Shown: piece after piece, positions 1 to 9,613 of the stretch
How the letters are laid out: every line of letters begins with the position of its first letter
Position numbering within the stretch: the first letter of the stretch is position 1
Source: a virus
Strand: one strand, 5' to 3'
IMG/VR virus record: IMGVR_UViG_3300049215_000686
Location: 32,001 to 96,000 of that record
DNA length: 64,000 bases
Notes under the pieces: model-generated
The model's database searches: none
The model's input: the letters and a program-made list of their open reading frames with translations, nothing else
Told to the model about the DNA's origin: nothing
Position numbers and translations under genes: made by a program

Positions 1-1153
1 TATAAATGCGATCAAATCTCCCCGGACGATCTCGAAGAGCCTCGTCCAGGGACTTCACCTTGTTGGTGGAGGCAACGAGCACCAGCGCCTCGTTGGGCTG
101 AATTCCATCTAATTGATTAAGCATTTCTCCCAGGCATTCATAGTCATGATCACGGGAACCAGAAATCAAGTCTAAATCTTCCATGATCAAAAGGGTCGGA
201 GAGAGTTTGCGAGCCATTTCAAAAATCTGGGCAATATCGTTTGAAGATTCAATCGCCTTAGCCGTCACCCAGAGCACCGTGACTTGGCCCTTAAGCGTAT
301 AGGCTAAGTGCCTAGCCACCATGGTCTTGCCGTTGCCCGGAAGACCTTCCAAGATAATCGCTCGCTTGGTAGGCAATCCATAAGCCTTAAATTGATCGGA
401 TTTCTTGAAAATATTGATAACGTTTTTTTCAAGTTCAAGTTGGAGGGACCGATCAATAACCGGCATCTTTTGTTCAGGAAGTTCTAAGATCGTAAACCCT
501 CTGGAAGCGAGTTCCAGGATTTGGCCCCGAAAGTATTTACTTTGCAAAATCGCATCCTTGATTTCATCAAGAAGCAAGCGATTATAGTTCGAATCATCCC
601 AGCCGGTTTCAATTTGAATTTTTAATTGGCCGGCAGCCGAAACCCCGTATTGAACGACGTAGTTACGCTTTGAAATAGAATCATGAATCCAAAGTTGGCA
701 CTGATCAGGAACCGTAAATTTATTCATCCCTAATTGCACGGGAATATAAATGGGTTCTTCATAATGAATCGGTAAAATCAGTTTTTTATATTCGGGAAGT
801 TTTCTGGGGTCAAAGACTTCAAATCGCGAAGATTCAAAGAATTCCTGAAGGGCGATTAAGGCAACGCCCGTCGGCGAAAGAGATTCCTGGAGCCGGTAAA
901 CGAGTTCCGATCCAGGGAACCCGAAAAAGTCATTTTTGAAATGTTTATCGGTATAGGGAGTCCGGACTTCTTTTTTTCTAGGCAAAAGGTCTTCAAATGC
1001 AATGGCTGCTTGAGCGAGCCGATCTAGGCTTGAGAAATACTCTTTGACAAGCCGATAGGCTTCCATGGCCTGAATTGCGGGGATCTTAAGAAGTTCATCA
1101 AGCCCGATGTTCTCAAGTTGCTTGGTAATGTTTTCTTCGGATTGTTCGCTCAT
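1..1153 (-). CDS. AAA+ ATPase (FtsH/Cdc48-like ATPase domain), 3' end runs off the window
   Basis: Translated by hand from ATG at 1153 (MSEQSEEN...). In-frame Walker A LEGLPGNGKT, Walker B LIMEDLD, and SRH region STNK..LDEALRDRPGRFDRIY. Absent from the ORF track because it has no stop in the window. Confidence 0.88.
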   Translation of the reverse strand, partial: MSEQSEENITKQLENIGLDELLKIPAIQAMEAYRLVKEYFSSLDRLAQAAIAFEDLLPRKKEVRTPYTDKHFKNDFFGFPGSELVYRLQESLSPTGVALIALQEFFESSRFEVFDPRKLPEYKKLILPIHYEEPIYIPVQLGMNKFTVPDQCQLWIHDSISKRNYVVQYGVSAAGQLKIQIETGWDDSNYNRLLLDEIKDAILQSKYFRGQILELASRGFTILELPEQKMPVIDRSLQLELEKNVINIFKKSDQFKAYGLPTKRAIILEGLPGNGKTMVARHLAYTLKGQVTVLWVTAKAIESSNDIAQIFEMARKLSPTLLIMEDLDLISGSRDHDYECLGEMLNQLDGIQPNEALVLVASTNKVKSLDEALRDRPGRFDRIY

Positions 1154-1496
1154 GGTCGTCTTTCTTAGCGGAAAGAACACCATGGAAAATCGCGTCTAGG
1201 GCCTCAGCCAAATGATAATAGGCCAAGCGAGTTTGCTTTTGTAAAGTAACCTGAAACGTGCCTTCTCTCAAAAACCGGATTGCGCTTTGGAAACTGGAAA
1301 GTTCATCGTCCGGAATCGCGCAGACAGTTTCTCGGGTTTGATAAATCCAGTCCCAGGGGCCAAGCCCCACAAACCCCAATTGACGCAAAGCCCGCTGTAC
1401 AAGTTTCTTCTCTTCCATAGTGCCTATTTTAAATATACACTTTCGTTGCGGTGCGAACTGTTGCGTCGCGTCAAGAAACTCGGCGATTCCTTTCAA
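1113..1496 (-). CDS. hypothetical protein
   Basis: 127-aa ORF overlapping the ATPase start; start codon uncertain. Confidence 0.5.
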   Translation of the reverse strand: MKGIAEFLDATQQFAPQRKCIFKIGTMEEKKLVQRALRQLGFVGLGPWDWIYQTRETVCAIPDDELSSFQSAIRFLREGTFQVTLQKQTRLAYYHLAEALDAIFHGVLSAKKDDHERTIRRKHYQAT

Positions 1497-1635
1497 ATTA
1501 AGGATGACGGACGATTTCGATTTTTAGAAGAAAAAATTGACGGATACGAATTTCGAATTTCCAAGCATGAATGGCTAAATAAGCGAAGTGGCGTTCAATC
1601 CAGAACATGATGCCTTCCCCCTTGGCAATCCCTTT

Positions 1636-1878
1636 TTAATGCCACTGACGGACTTTACGAACCGATAAGACCGTTCCATCGGGCAGTTCCGTGGCGTTTT
1701 CGGTGGCTTCCACGATCTTACTGAAAGCCTGTTTAGGACTTTCCGGAAAGACCACGCTTTCATATTCCTTTTGCGGGAATGCCTGGTGAGTTTCGCCAGA
1801 AGATAAGCCGGTTGTCAATCCTCCCGATAAAACCCAATAAACTATCGCCATATTGATCAAAATTAAGAATACCGCCAT
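1636..1878 (-). CDS. small membrane-anchored hypothetical protein
   Basis: GAGGAG Shine-Dalgarno before ATG; hydrophobic N-terminus. Confidence 0.55.
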   Translation of the reverse strand: MAVFLILINMAIVYWVLSGGLTTGLSSGETHQAFPQKEYESVVFPESPKQAFSKIVEATENATELPDGTVLSVRKVRQWH

Positions 1879-1997
1879 ACTCCTCTATTTTAACCCGAGC
1901 GTTATTGTCAGTCAATAGATGACTATTTTTATCAATCACTTGACTTTAAACCTCTTCCCCCTTAAGAAAATAGAAACCGACCAATCTTTAGACACTT

Positions 1998-2309
1998 TTG
2001 AGAGAGGGGATTATGGGTGATGTGAAAGAGAATATGGCCCCATCGAAGCCTGAAACCAAAGGGATCTTTGATCGATGGAAGAGTAAAGATAAAACCAAAA
2101 AGAAAATTGAAACCGATGAGGATGTAGCCAACGAATTCGCCGATCACATCGCTTTTTCAATGGAAAAACTCGATAAACTGATTGAATCAAAGTCCCGAGA
2201 CCTCGCCAACGAAAAAGGACAAGAAAAAGAAAACAAGCGAAAATTAAGCCGCTTAAATGCCATGCTCGCTCATCTTGAAATTATTTCGGATCTGATGGAA
2301 GATTACTGA
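1998..2309 (+). CDS. hypothetical coiled-coil protein (probable start ATG 2013)
   Basis: GAGGGG SD; charged helical sequence. Confidence 0.6.
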   Translation: MREGIMGDVKENMAPSKPETKGIFDRWKSKDKTKKKIETDEDVANEFADHIAFSMEKLDKLIESKSRDLANEKGQEKENKRKLSRLNAMLAHLEIISDLMEDY

Positions 2310-2332
2310 ACGAGCAGAGAGGGGAAGCCACG

Positions 2333-2630
2333 ATGGCAAGGCGAGAAAAGGAATTTTATTGCGATATTTCAGGCGGCGGATGGGGAAAATACTTTAAGAC
2401 ATTTTTAAGAGAATCTTTTTTTCGGCAATTATACAATCCGATGCCCCAATTGCTCTCACGATCATTTTCGCGTAATTGAGCACGGACTGATTACTCAAGA
2501 CCGTCATAACGAACGATACGGAACAACTGAGATCATTCTTTGCTTAAAATCCACGATTCGAGACGTGCCCTGGCATAATGATCCTGTTTTTCGGCGCAAT
2601 CAAATAAAGGCATATCAAGGAGGCAAATAA
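2333..2630 (+). pseudogene. frameshifted zinc-ribbon protein
   Basis: MARREKEFYCDISGGGWGKYF... continues as ...FGNYTIRCPNCSHDHFRVIEHG... only if one T is removed from the T7 run at 2416-2422; the restored frame stops at TAA overlapping the next ATG. Confidence 0.6.
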
Positions 2631-3105
2631 TGCTTCACCAATCAAATATCCGTAAGTTGAAAGGATTAAATTCGACACGGCAACTCGATGAAGCCAAGAA
2701 AAATACATCAAAGCCCAAGAAGAAGGCCGAGCGATCCTCACCCTCGAAGGGCGGCCAATCGATTCCTTTCAGCAAATTACCGACGGTTTTATTATCCGAG
2801 AAATCCTACTCGATCCAACTCAAATTGCCTTTCGTATCTTTGATGAAATTGGGGATCGCCGAATTATCTGGAACGTTTTGGATCAAGAACAAGTCCAGGA
2901 AGCAAAGGTTTTGTTCGATGAATACGTCGGAAAAGGATGGAAGCCTTATGCTATTGATAAGTACGGGAACATGGGTAAACGCATCCGACGTTTCGACTCC
3001 TCGCTCGAAGAAATCGTCTTCGACGACAACTCCACTTATCCCCTTAAGAAGTTTGGTGAAAGGTTTAAAGAAGTCAAAATGATGCCAAGAACGTTTCCCG
3101 GATGA
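2630..3105 (+). pseudogene. frameshifted conserved phage hypothetical protein
   Basis: GGAGG SD. MLHQSNIRK...EAKK joins ...YIKAQEEG...FRIFDEIGDRRIIWN...RIRRFD...MMPRTFPG only with a one-base change in the A5 run at 2699-2703. Confidence 0.6.
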
Positions 3106-3378
3106 ATCCAAACATACCCGCCGAGCGAATCACACAGAAACAACCTCCCGAAATCAGCCCAGACGGGTCTTTAACTTTTAAGAAACCGCAAGACAACTCC
3201 TACGTTAATGGCGACCTGCCATCCAAGACTATTACGGTACGAACGATCATCGCTGGTGATGTTTTAATGAACGCCGAAAACCCTCGTTTATAACGACTTC
3301 TTAGGGGAACCTTTAACAAACAGCACTCTAGCAAATATTTATGCCCAAACAGCAAATTTAATTTCCACTGAATCAACC

Positions 3379-3840
3379 ATGACAACATTTCCCTCATATC
3401 AAATAGTGAGGGACACGACATGGGCGATTACAACGAATGGACAAAATTCGATCTCGATCCCCTCTGGCTTTAATGCGATCAACATCAGTTATGAAAGTGG
3501 AGCAACGGGCACGCTAACTATTAATGCTGAAGCGTCAGTCGATTCTGTCTACTTAGGCGAACTTCTAATCCAAAATCGCTATTCTGTGCTCAAACAAAAA
3601 ATGAGATCAAATTTGTTGATCCAAATAAAAAACAGAAGTAACCGAAAATTCTTAAGCGGGGATCAGAAAATTTCTCCCCAAGAAATAAAGGCAAGAGAGA
3701 CTTTGCGCGATATGATTACTGAATCAGAACGCGCTGGCGCCAACATTAAGAGAATTGAGACACCGCTTTATGCTAGCGATCAAATAAGAAAAGAAGAAAA
3801 CTTATTGCAGACTTATCAAAGACTGAAAAAGACGGCTTAA
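3379..3840 (+). CDS. hypothetical protein, possibly internally deleted
   Basis: 153-aa ORF; EIKARETLRDMITESE followed abruptly by RAGANIKRI. Confidence 0.55.
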   Translation: MTTFPSYQIVRDTTWAITTNGQNSISIPSGFNAINISYESGATGTLTINAEASVDSVYLGELLIQNRYSVLKQKMRSNLLIQIKNRSNRKFLSGDQKISPQEIKARETLRDMITESERAGANIKRIETPLYASDQIRKEENLLQTYQRLKKTA

Positions 3841-4214
3841 TCCGGAAGTTTGGGCTTAATAGAACGGATTTCGCGGGCCACGGTTCTCGCATGAATATGC
3901 GACATTTCGCGATGATACTCTTTGGGCTTTCCTTGCGAATGAGCCTGAGCACGAACATGGCTTCCCATCGTGCTCTCACCGGCCAGATCTTTCTTTCGTC
4001 CTTCGGGCAATAACGGCTGATGAACTCCAGCCTTTCTGAGAAGGAGCATTCCATTAAAATTCTGAATGCTTTTTTCGATATCTGACCAATCAATTTCGTG
4101 ACGCTTTAATGAAGTAGCGCAAACTGCATATGCATTATCTGCACTGCCCTTTTCTTTTACTTCATCAACACAGCGATCGTATTTCTCTGGATTAACGCCC
4201 TTTGGAACTGGCAT
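3837..4214 (-). CDS. small virion/head-associated protein
   Basis: YDRCV..V.....NAYAVC motif seen in phage head modules; EKS/RKA motifs. Confidence 0.6.
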   Translation of the reverse strand: MPVPKGVNPEKYDRCVDEVKEKGSADNAYAVCATSLKRHEIDWSDIEKSIQNFNGMLLLRKAGVHQPLLPEGRKKDLAGESTMGSHVRAQAHSQGKPKEYHREMSHIHARTVAREIRSIKPKLPD

Positions 4215-4236
4215 TAGATCACCTTTTTAAAACAAA

Positions 4237-5043
4237 TTAGGCTAAATTATAAGTGAAGCAGGTTCCATCCACACCAGCGGCAGCCGCATTAGTGAATCCA
4301 GTGGTTGCTGCATCTTTATAAAAACTAATCGAACCGTTCGCACCAATGATCACGCTTCCAAATACCTTTGCCGCATTATCGGTCACAACGCAGGGAAAGC
4401 GCACATCAGCAATCGGTCTGAAAGCAGCCGGAATTTGTCCAGCAGCCGCAAGGATTCCCGTTCCTAAGCCATCCGCAGTCGTTAAGGTCGGAATAAAAAG
4501 ACTTGCAACATTTTTATTTTTAAATGCCTTACAAGTCGTTGCTCCGATGGAATGATCAAATGCAATCGAAACCGCTAGGTTTTGAGAAAACAAAGCCTCA
4601 AAAGCGATCTCGTTTCCATCAATTTTCTGGATCGCTGCCAAAATAGAATCTGTTGCAGAAACCACTCCGGAAGCAGCGGCATATGCCGTTAGAACTTTAG
4701 CGATCACTGCCGCATTTGAAAGAGTCACCGCTCCGCTTGAAGCAAGAGTCGCTTCGCCCGACACGGCGACACTAGCGACTGTAGTCCCATTTCCAACCAG
4801 AATGTTTCCGCTTGTTTTAGCAGAAACATTCGATCCGTGTCCGGTGGCATCTCCAACAATGACATTTCCTTGCGGTACAACTAGCGCACTAGCCAATTCA
4901 GCGCTTAATGCTGCCTGAATCAGATCTCCCAGTTGGATATCTCCGCCATCCACCTCGTGAATTTGCCCCTTTTTAAGGGCAGGGACATAATCGATGAGTT
5001 GATTGACAATTTTTTGCTGAGCAGCCGATAACTTAGTTTGCAT
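4237..5043 (-). CDS. virion structural protein (fibre/decoration-like)
   Basis: Ala/Gly/Ser/Thr-rich with GNILVGNG..VAVSG repeats; downstream of sheath. Confidence 0.65.
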   Translation of the reverse strand: MQTKLSAAQQKIVNQLIDYVPALKKGQIHEVDGGDIQLGDLIQAALSAELASALVVPQGNVIVGDATGHGSNVSAKTSGNILVGNGTTVASVAVSGEATLASSGAVTLSNAAVIAKVLTAYAAASGVVSATDSILAAIQKIDGNEIAFEALFSQNLAVSIAFDHSIGATTCKAFKNKNVASLFIPTLTTADGLGTGILAAAGQIPAAFRPIADVRFPCVVTDNAAKVFGSVIIGANGSISFYKDAATTGFTNAAAAGVDGTCFTYNLA

Positions 5044-5058
5044 TTTATTTTACCAAAA

Positions 5059-5334
5059 TTATAAATTCGTTTTAGACGGAGAAGGAACCAAAACATCACT
5101 TGCGGTCTTAGGAATCACAGCACCCGCATAGTTCGTAACGTTTGTATTGCCGATGCCAGCGACGTTTGCTGTGTCAACATGCGCCAAAAACGCGTTGAAT
5201 TGAGCAATCAAAGCATTAACCGCCAATACGATTTCATCGATTTTTTCAATCGCAAGGTGTTGGCTGTCGCCGGGAGCCCATGTTTTAATGAACTTTCCGC
5301 CAAGACCCTTACCTTTTTCTTGAATATGTGCCAT
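5059..5334 (-). CDS. small structural protein
   Basis: AGGAG SD; short coiled coil; structural operon context. Confidence 0.65.
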   Translation of the reverse strand: MAHIQEKGKGLGGKFIKTWAPGDSQHLAIEKIDEIVLAVNALIAQFNAFLAHVDTANVAGIGNTNVTNYAGAVIPKTASDVLVPSPSKTNL

Positions 5335-5349
5335 TTTTTACTCCTAGAA

Positions 5350-7137
5350 TTAACTTGTCGCCCGTTGGACAGCGATGTCATTGAGAACAAACTCAATTCC
5401 TTCAACCAATGTCACGGTGACTGAGGTATTAATTACGTTTCCATTGAAAGAAACCGTCAAGTCCTTGAATCCCTTGCCGCCCGTGCTTGCATCCGGAACA
5501 ATGATCCCGCTTGAGCGAGCCCCATCCAGAACACTCACCAACAGATTCTTCACAGTCTCAGGCGTAACATCGCTGTTTCGTTGACCGACGAATGTTTCCA
5601 TATTGAGACGAATCGAGAATGCCAACGTATCGGCAGCATAAAGTACGGCTGGACGATTATAAATCCACGCATTGAGGGTTTGACCGTAGGTGGAATTGTC
5701 CAATACAAACCTAAAACCACCGCCCGGAGCCCGCTCAACAAACGTCAAGTTCGCATCAATTGCGTCATCTGCCTGTGTTTCTGGATCAAAATCATTACTT
5801 GGAACGCTGAAACCAGAGATATTCGCCAATTTAAAAGTGTTGGGAAGACCAATAACCGCAGCCGCTTTCATGCCCGCATTGATTGTTGCCAGCATATGAG
5901 GCTGAGCCGTAACGAGTGCTCCAAACGAGTTTTGAACATCCACTTGTTGGAAATGGAGAGAAACTCGTGCCGAACCCAGCGCTGCGGATTTGATTTTCGC
6001 ATTCGCATAAGTCCCCTGATAAGCGGCAAATCCTTGACGCTCTCTTCGTCCTTTAACCGTCGAGTTTTGAACACAATGCGTATTAAGCGCAGCGTGAATC
6101 GAATCGATCGAATAAGAAGAAGCCGCGTCCGTAAGTCCATCGGTAATATCGCTTGCTGCGTCTCTTGAAAAAAGAGGAACAACAAAGTTCACTCGGACCT
6201 TTGAGAGAGCATCCAGACAGCCTTGAAAATTAGACTGAGAAGTTGCTCCAAGTGCACCGCCTGCCAAAGCCGTATTAACCATCGCATCAGGGATTCCGGC
6301 AGTTGCAGTCGGGATGAAGTCAACCAAAGCCGAAAGACCGAAAAAATCCACAATATCTTGAAGATCTTTCTTCACAACATAAGGAGCCGTTTTAATATCT
6401 TGGGCAGTCACGCGATCAAGGACCGTCAAAGGATCATTGATGTGACCATTCAAAACGCTCGCAACATATCCGGGCTGAGTATTTAAAAACTGAACCAATT
6501 GCCCAAGGGTGTTGAACATTGACTTAGAAATATTTAAATTCGAAGCCCCAGTTCCGGTAATCGCTGTAGTGATCGAAGTTGCCCCAATCGTAAGCGTTGC
6601 GGCTGAAACTCCGCCAGCGGTAACTTGGATTTGAATTGCTCCGTCATTTCCGATCGCGTTGGATACTTCTGAAATACCGTTCAAATTGTCCGTGATCGTA
6701 ATCACGTCTTGTCCGGCATTTTGATCAATTTCAATCGTAATAGCGTTTCCTTGCGCTCCCGGAACTTTGGCTTTCACCGTTCCATAAGAAGAAGGAAGAG
6801 CAAGACTTGCGGTTGTGGATTGATTCGTCTTTAAAGTAAGAAGAAGTTGAGCACCACCTAGGATTTGAGGGTCATTACTTGGCGTCAGAGCGATACGCGC
6901 TCCATCCACCAAGGCTCCGCTTCCATATTTTTGCTGAATTTGTGCAAACTGATCCGGAGACCAAGTCACTGAAGAAAGGCCAGATTCATCAGAAAAAGCG
7001 AGTCCCTGATCGGCCTCTCCGATGATCGCCATAACACCCAGTTGAGCCTGAGCCGCGCTGCCTTGTGCCACACGAATTCGTGAATAGGCGCCCGGTTTTC
7101 TTAGGCTCGCACCGGCGAAATTGATAACAATGCTCAT
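5350..7137 (-). CDS. contractile tail sheath protein
   Basis: 595 aa; N-terminal PGAYS, IIGEADQG, PGAQGN..I and sheath-like C-terminus. Confidence 0.88.
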   Translation of the reverse strand: MSIVINFAGASLRKPGAYSRIRVAQGSAAQAQLGVMAIIGEADQGLAFSDESGLSSVTWSPDQFAQIQQKYGSGALVDGARIALTPSNDPQILGGAQLLLTLKTNQSTTASLALPSSYGTVKAKVPGAQGNAITIEIDQNAGQDVITITDNLNGISEVSNAIGNDGAIQIQVTAGGVSAATLTIGATSITTAITGTGASNLNISKSMFNTLGQLVQFLNTQPGYVASVLNGHINDPLTVLDRVTAQDIKTAPYVVKKDLQDIVDFFGLSALVDFIPTATAGIPDAMVNTALAGGALGATSQSNFQGCLDALSKVRVNFVVPLFSRDAASDITDGLTDAASSYSIDSIHAALNTHCVQNSTVKGRRERQGFAAYQGTYANAKIKSAALGSARVSLHFQQVDVQNSFGALVTAQPHMLATINAGMKAAAVIGLPNTFKLANISGFSVPSNDFDPETQADDAIDANLTFVERAPGGGFRFVLDNSTYGQTLNAWIYNRPAVLYAADTLAFSIRLNMETFVGQRNSDVTPETVKNLLVSVLDGARSSGIIVPDASTGGKGFKDLTVSFNGNVINTSVTVTLVEGIEFVLNDIAVQRATS

Positions 7138-7469
7138 TTCTCTTTCCTCCCGAACCCGAACTTGATTAAGCCTTGGTCGTAATCGTTTTGAGTTTGCGGA
7201 TCGCCCAATCCCAAATGCTGGAAATAAGCGCGAATCGTTGTCATGTGATGGGCCTGAATATTATCAAAACGCTTCAGCGCTCCAGTAAACCAAACCAAAA
7301 ACTTCACTTTAGTTTCACCCGGTTTCGCTAAATTCATAGCGGAAGCGGCTTCCGTCTTAGCCTCAACCTTTTGAATTGGCGCGGCTTTGGCTTCGGGCTC
7401 TTTCTCAGGTTCTTTTTTTACAATCACCGTCTTAGAAGAATCGGTCTTCGTCTCGTTTTCCATCGCCAT
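7134..7469 (-). CDS. hypothetical protein
   Basis: 111-aa ORF coupled to sheath by ATGA overlap. Confidence 0.7.
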   Translation of the reverse strand: MAMENETKTDSSKTVIVKKEPEKEPEAKAAPIQKVEAKTEAASAMNLAKPGETKVKFLVWFTGALKRFDNIQAHHMTTIRAYFQHLGLGDPQTQNDYDQGLIKFGFGRKEK

Positions 7470-7521
7470 GCACTTAATTGTCAGACACAGAAGGTAGATT
7501 GATGTTCAATCCCTTACAAAG

Positions 7522-8469
7522 TTAGAGATCGACGGAATCATCGGTTTCATCGCCAAGTTTGTTGGAGGCCTTGATCATTTCAATGAAAGCAACCAAATCT
7601 TGAGATTTCGGCCCTACCCATGACCAAACTGTTTTTGTGGACAAATTGACATACCGCGTCCATACGTTCTCACCTAAAAACGAGTCGTCTTTTGAGAAAT
7701 CGGAAGCCGTCGGCATTGCCAAATCGAGCCCAAAGGTTGCCGTCAATAGCGGGCGAAATTTTAAAAGCCCCCACTGGACCATCGCCCAAAGCCACAATCC
7801 CTCGCTTCGATCAGCGTGACCATGACAAGCGACTGTAAGGGTATCTTCAAAATACATGACGCCCTCACGATAAAGAGCGTCGGAATAAGGATTGATCACC
7901 GTTATTTGGGATAAATCAGCCTGAGAAATCGGGTCTTGTCCGATTTGAAATGCGGTGGGATTGCCATCAACGCCATAACCGATTCCGTATTCTCGCCCAT
8001 TCTTATCTAAAAGATGAAACCCTGGAATGACCAACTTGGCCAAATTAGGATCCATAGAAGAAGGAAGCGTAAAAGAAATAGAAGAGCCATCCGAAGAAGG
8101 AGTAATGAGTGAAGGAGAAAACTCAGGAACCGCAACTTCTCGCTCATAAGGCTGAAGACTTTGACTTAATACAAAGCCAGCATCTCCCATAAAAGACTGC
8201 ACGGGAGTCGATCTTTGTAAATGGATTGTCACCCCAGGAATTTGTGTGGGATCTAAGTCAAAGCCCAAAACAACGGGAATTTTCGTGGTAGTGACCCAGT
8301 TTTTGATTTGTTTAAAGAATCGATCCCCTAAAAGAGCGGCATGAGGATCCAAAGCCGCATCTCCGAAGATTTCAGGGATATAGAGATCAGGGTTTGAGAT
8401 CACTGTTTTTAAGGTGAAATCAACGACATATTTTAATGAAATATCAACTAGAGGCACCGACATGATCAA
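7522..8469 (-). CDS. putative tail completion/terminator protein
   Basis: 315 aa; position upstream of sheath; IPGVTIHL motif. Confidence 0.5.
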   Translation of the reverse strand: MIMSVPLVDISLKYVVDFTLKTVISNPDLYIPEIFGDAALDPHAALLGDRFFKQIKNWVTTTKIPVVLGFDLDPTQIPGVTIHLQRSTPVQSFMGDAGFVLSQSLQPYEREVAVPEFSPSLITPSSDGSSISFTLPSSMDPNLAKLVIPGFHLLDKNGREYGIGYGVDGNPTAFQIGQDPISQADLSQITVINPYSDALYREGVMYFEDTLTVACHGHADRSEGLWLWAMVQWGLLKFRPLLTATFGLDLAMPTASDFSKDDSFLGENVWTRYVNLSTKTVWSWVGPKSQDLVAFIEMIKASNKLGDETDDSVDL

Positions 8470-8675
8470 ATCCCCGATCTTTTATTTTCTTTGCAATAAT
8501 AGGAATGCGCTGGCTGCTTTGTTGTGCGTGCCCCACAATCGCATCTCCAATCTGCTTGGGTATTTCCAGGCAGTTCAGTTCGATGGCCGCGCTCGCAAAA
8601 CCCATATCCTTGTTCGAGAATCTCTTCGAACTGACCTTCTACATCTTTACCGCAATGAGGATAAGAACATTTCAT
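8466..8675 (-). CDS. small Cys/His zinc-finger protein
   Basis: CSYPHC, CERGH, CDCG, HSYYC; overlaps both neighbouring genes. Confidence 0.55.
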   Translation of the reverse strand: MKCSYPHCGKDVEGQFEEILEQGYGFCERGHRTELPGNTQADWRCDCGARTTKQPAHSYYCKENKRSGI

Positions 8676-9613
8676 GTGCCCGATCCCTGAGAGAAGATTT
8701 CATTAATTCGCTTCGCGAATTCATCCGTAACGTATTGCTCAACGTCTTTCATGATATGAACGCCATCAAATCCCGGATGAACCCATTTAGGCTTGTCATG
8801 AACTGCCGCAGGAACTCGGGGGTCAGTAGCCGTCCGCCAGGTTAAATAGCGGCTTTTCATGGAACCGCTGCCGGTCTCAAATTGCACCTTCGTCACCCCC
8901 GACAAAAGAGAACTGGGTTGCTTTTCGAGTTCAAGACGCTTTCGAATATCAGTTTGGAATTCTCGGTATTCCCATTGAGGTCCGCTCGGAGATTTTGTGA
9001 TACTCCAGACTTTGCCTTTAATAGGGCTTCCCGAAGAATCCAAAGAGATCTTTGTATCGTCGGGAGCAAACATTTTCTTCAAGCGCTTTAAGTCTGTAGC
9101 CAAATCCCCCTTGGTAGTTGCCCCAGGAGAGCCCCCCTGAACCACCACAGGATTCATGGGATGTCCTTTGGATGCAAAGGCTTGGACATGTTCAAAAGGG
9201 ATCTTGACGTAGCGACGGCCTGTTTTTTGAGAAAACTGCGATTTCGCGCCGCGAGCCAGGCCTGCCGCAATCATGTCAAAGCCGCTGTAGCCTTCTTCCA
9301 GGTAAACGGCGTCGTTCTCAAGCAAGATCGTCCAAATACCTTCGCCACTTTTAACTTTTTTAAGACCAGAAAGGTATTGCTGAACGGTTGAGTGCAATCG
9401 ATCGGAGGCAAGAGATTGCGCATGGTCGTAGGCATCATCCCAAACGTCTTTAACAACGCCTTGAACTGCCCCAAGATAAGGTGCGACCGCCGCCGAAGCC
9501 GCATCCGATAAGATTTTTTCCCAGCCACCGTCAGGCGAAAATTTAAATTTCACCCTCTCATTCTGATCCCACTCGGCTAGGACGTGACTTCTTTCTTTTG
9601 GCTTCTCAGCCAA
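8672..9613 (-). CDS. putative neck/tail-completion protein
   Basis: LEEG..GFDM, YVKIPFEH, YLTWRT, WVHPGF motifs typical of large-myovirus neck genes. Confidence 0.55.
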   Translation of the reverse strand: MAEKPKERSHVLAEWDQNERVKFKFSPDGGWEKILSDAASAAVAPYLGAVQGVVKDVWDDAYDHAQSLASDRLHSTVQQYLSGLKKVKSGEGIWTILLENDAVYLEEGYSGFDMIAAGLARGAKSQFSQKTGRRYVKIPFEHVQAFASKGHPMNPVVVQGGSPGATTKGDLATDLKRLKKMFAPDDTKISLDSSGSPIKGKVWSITKSPSGPQWEYREFQTDIRKRLELEKQPSSLLSGVTKVQFETGSGSMKSRYLTWRTATDPRVPAAVHDKPKWVHPGFDGVHIMKDVEQYVTDEFAKRINEIFSQGSGT

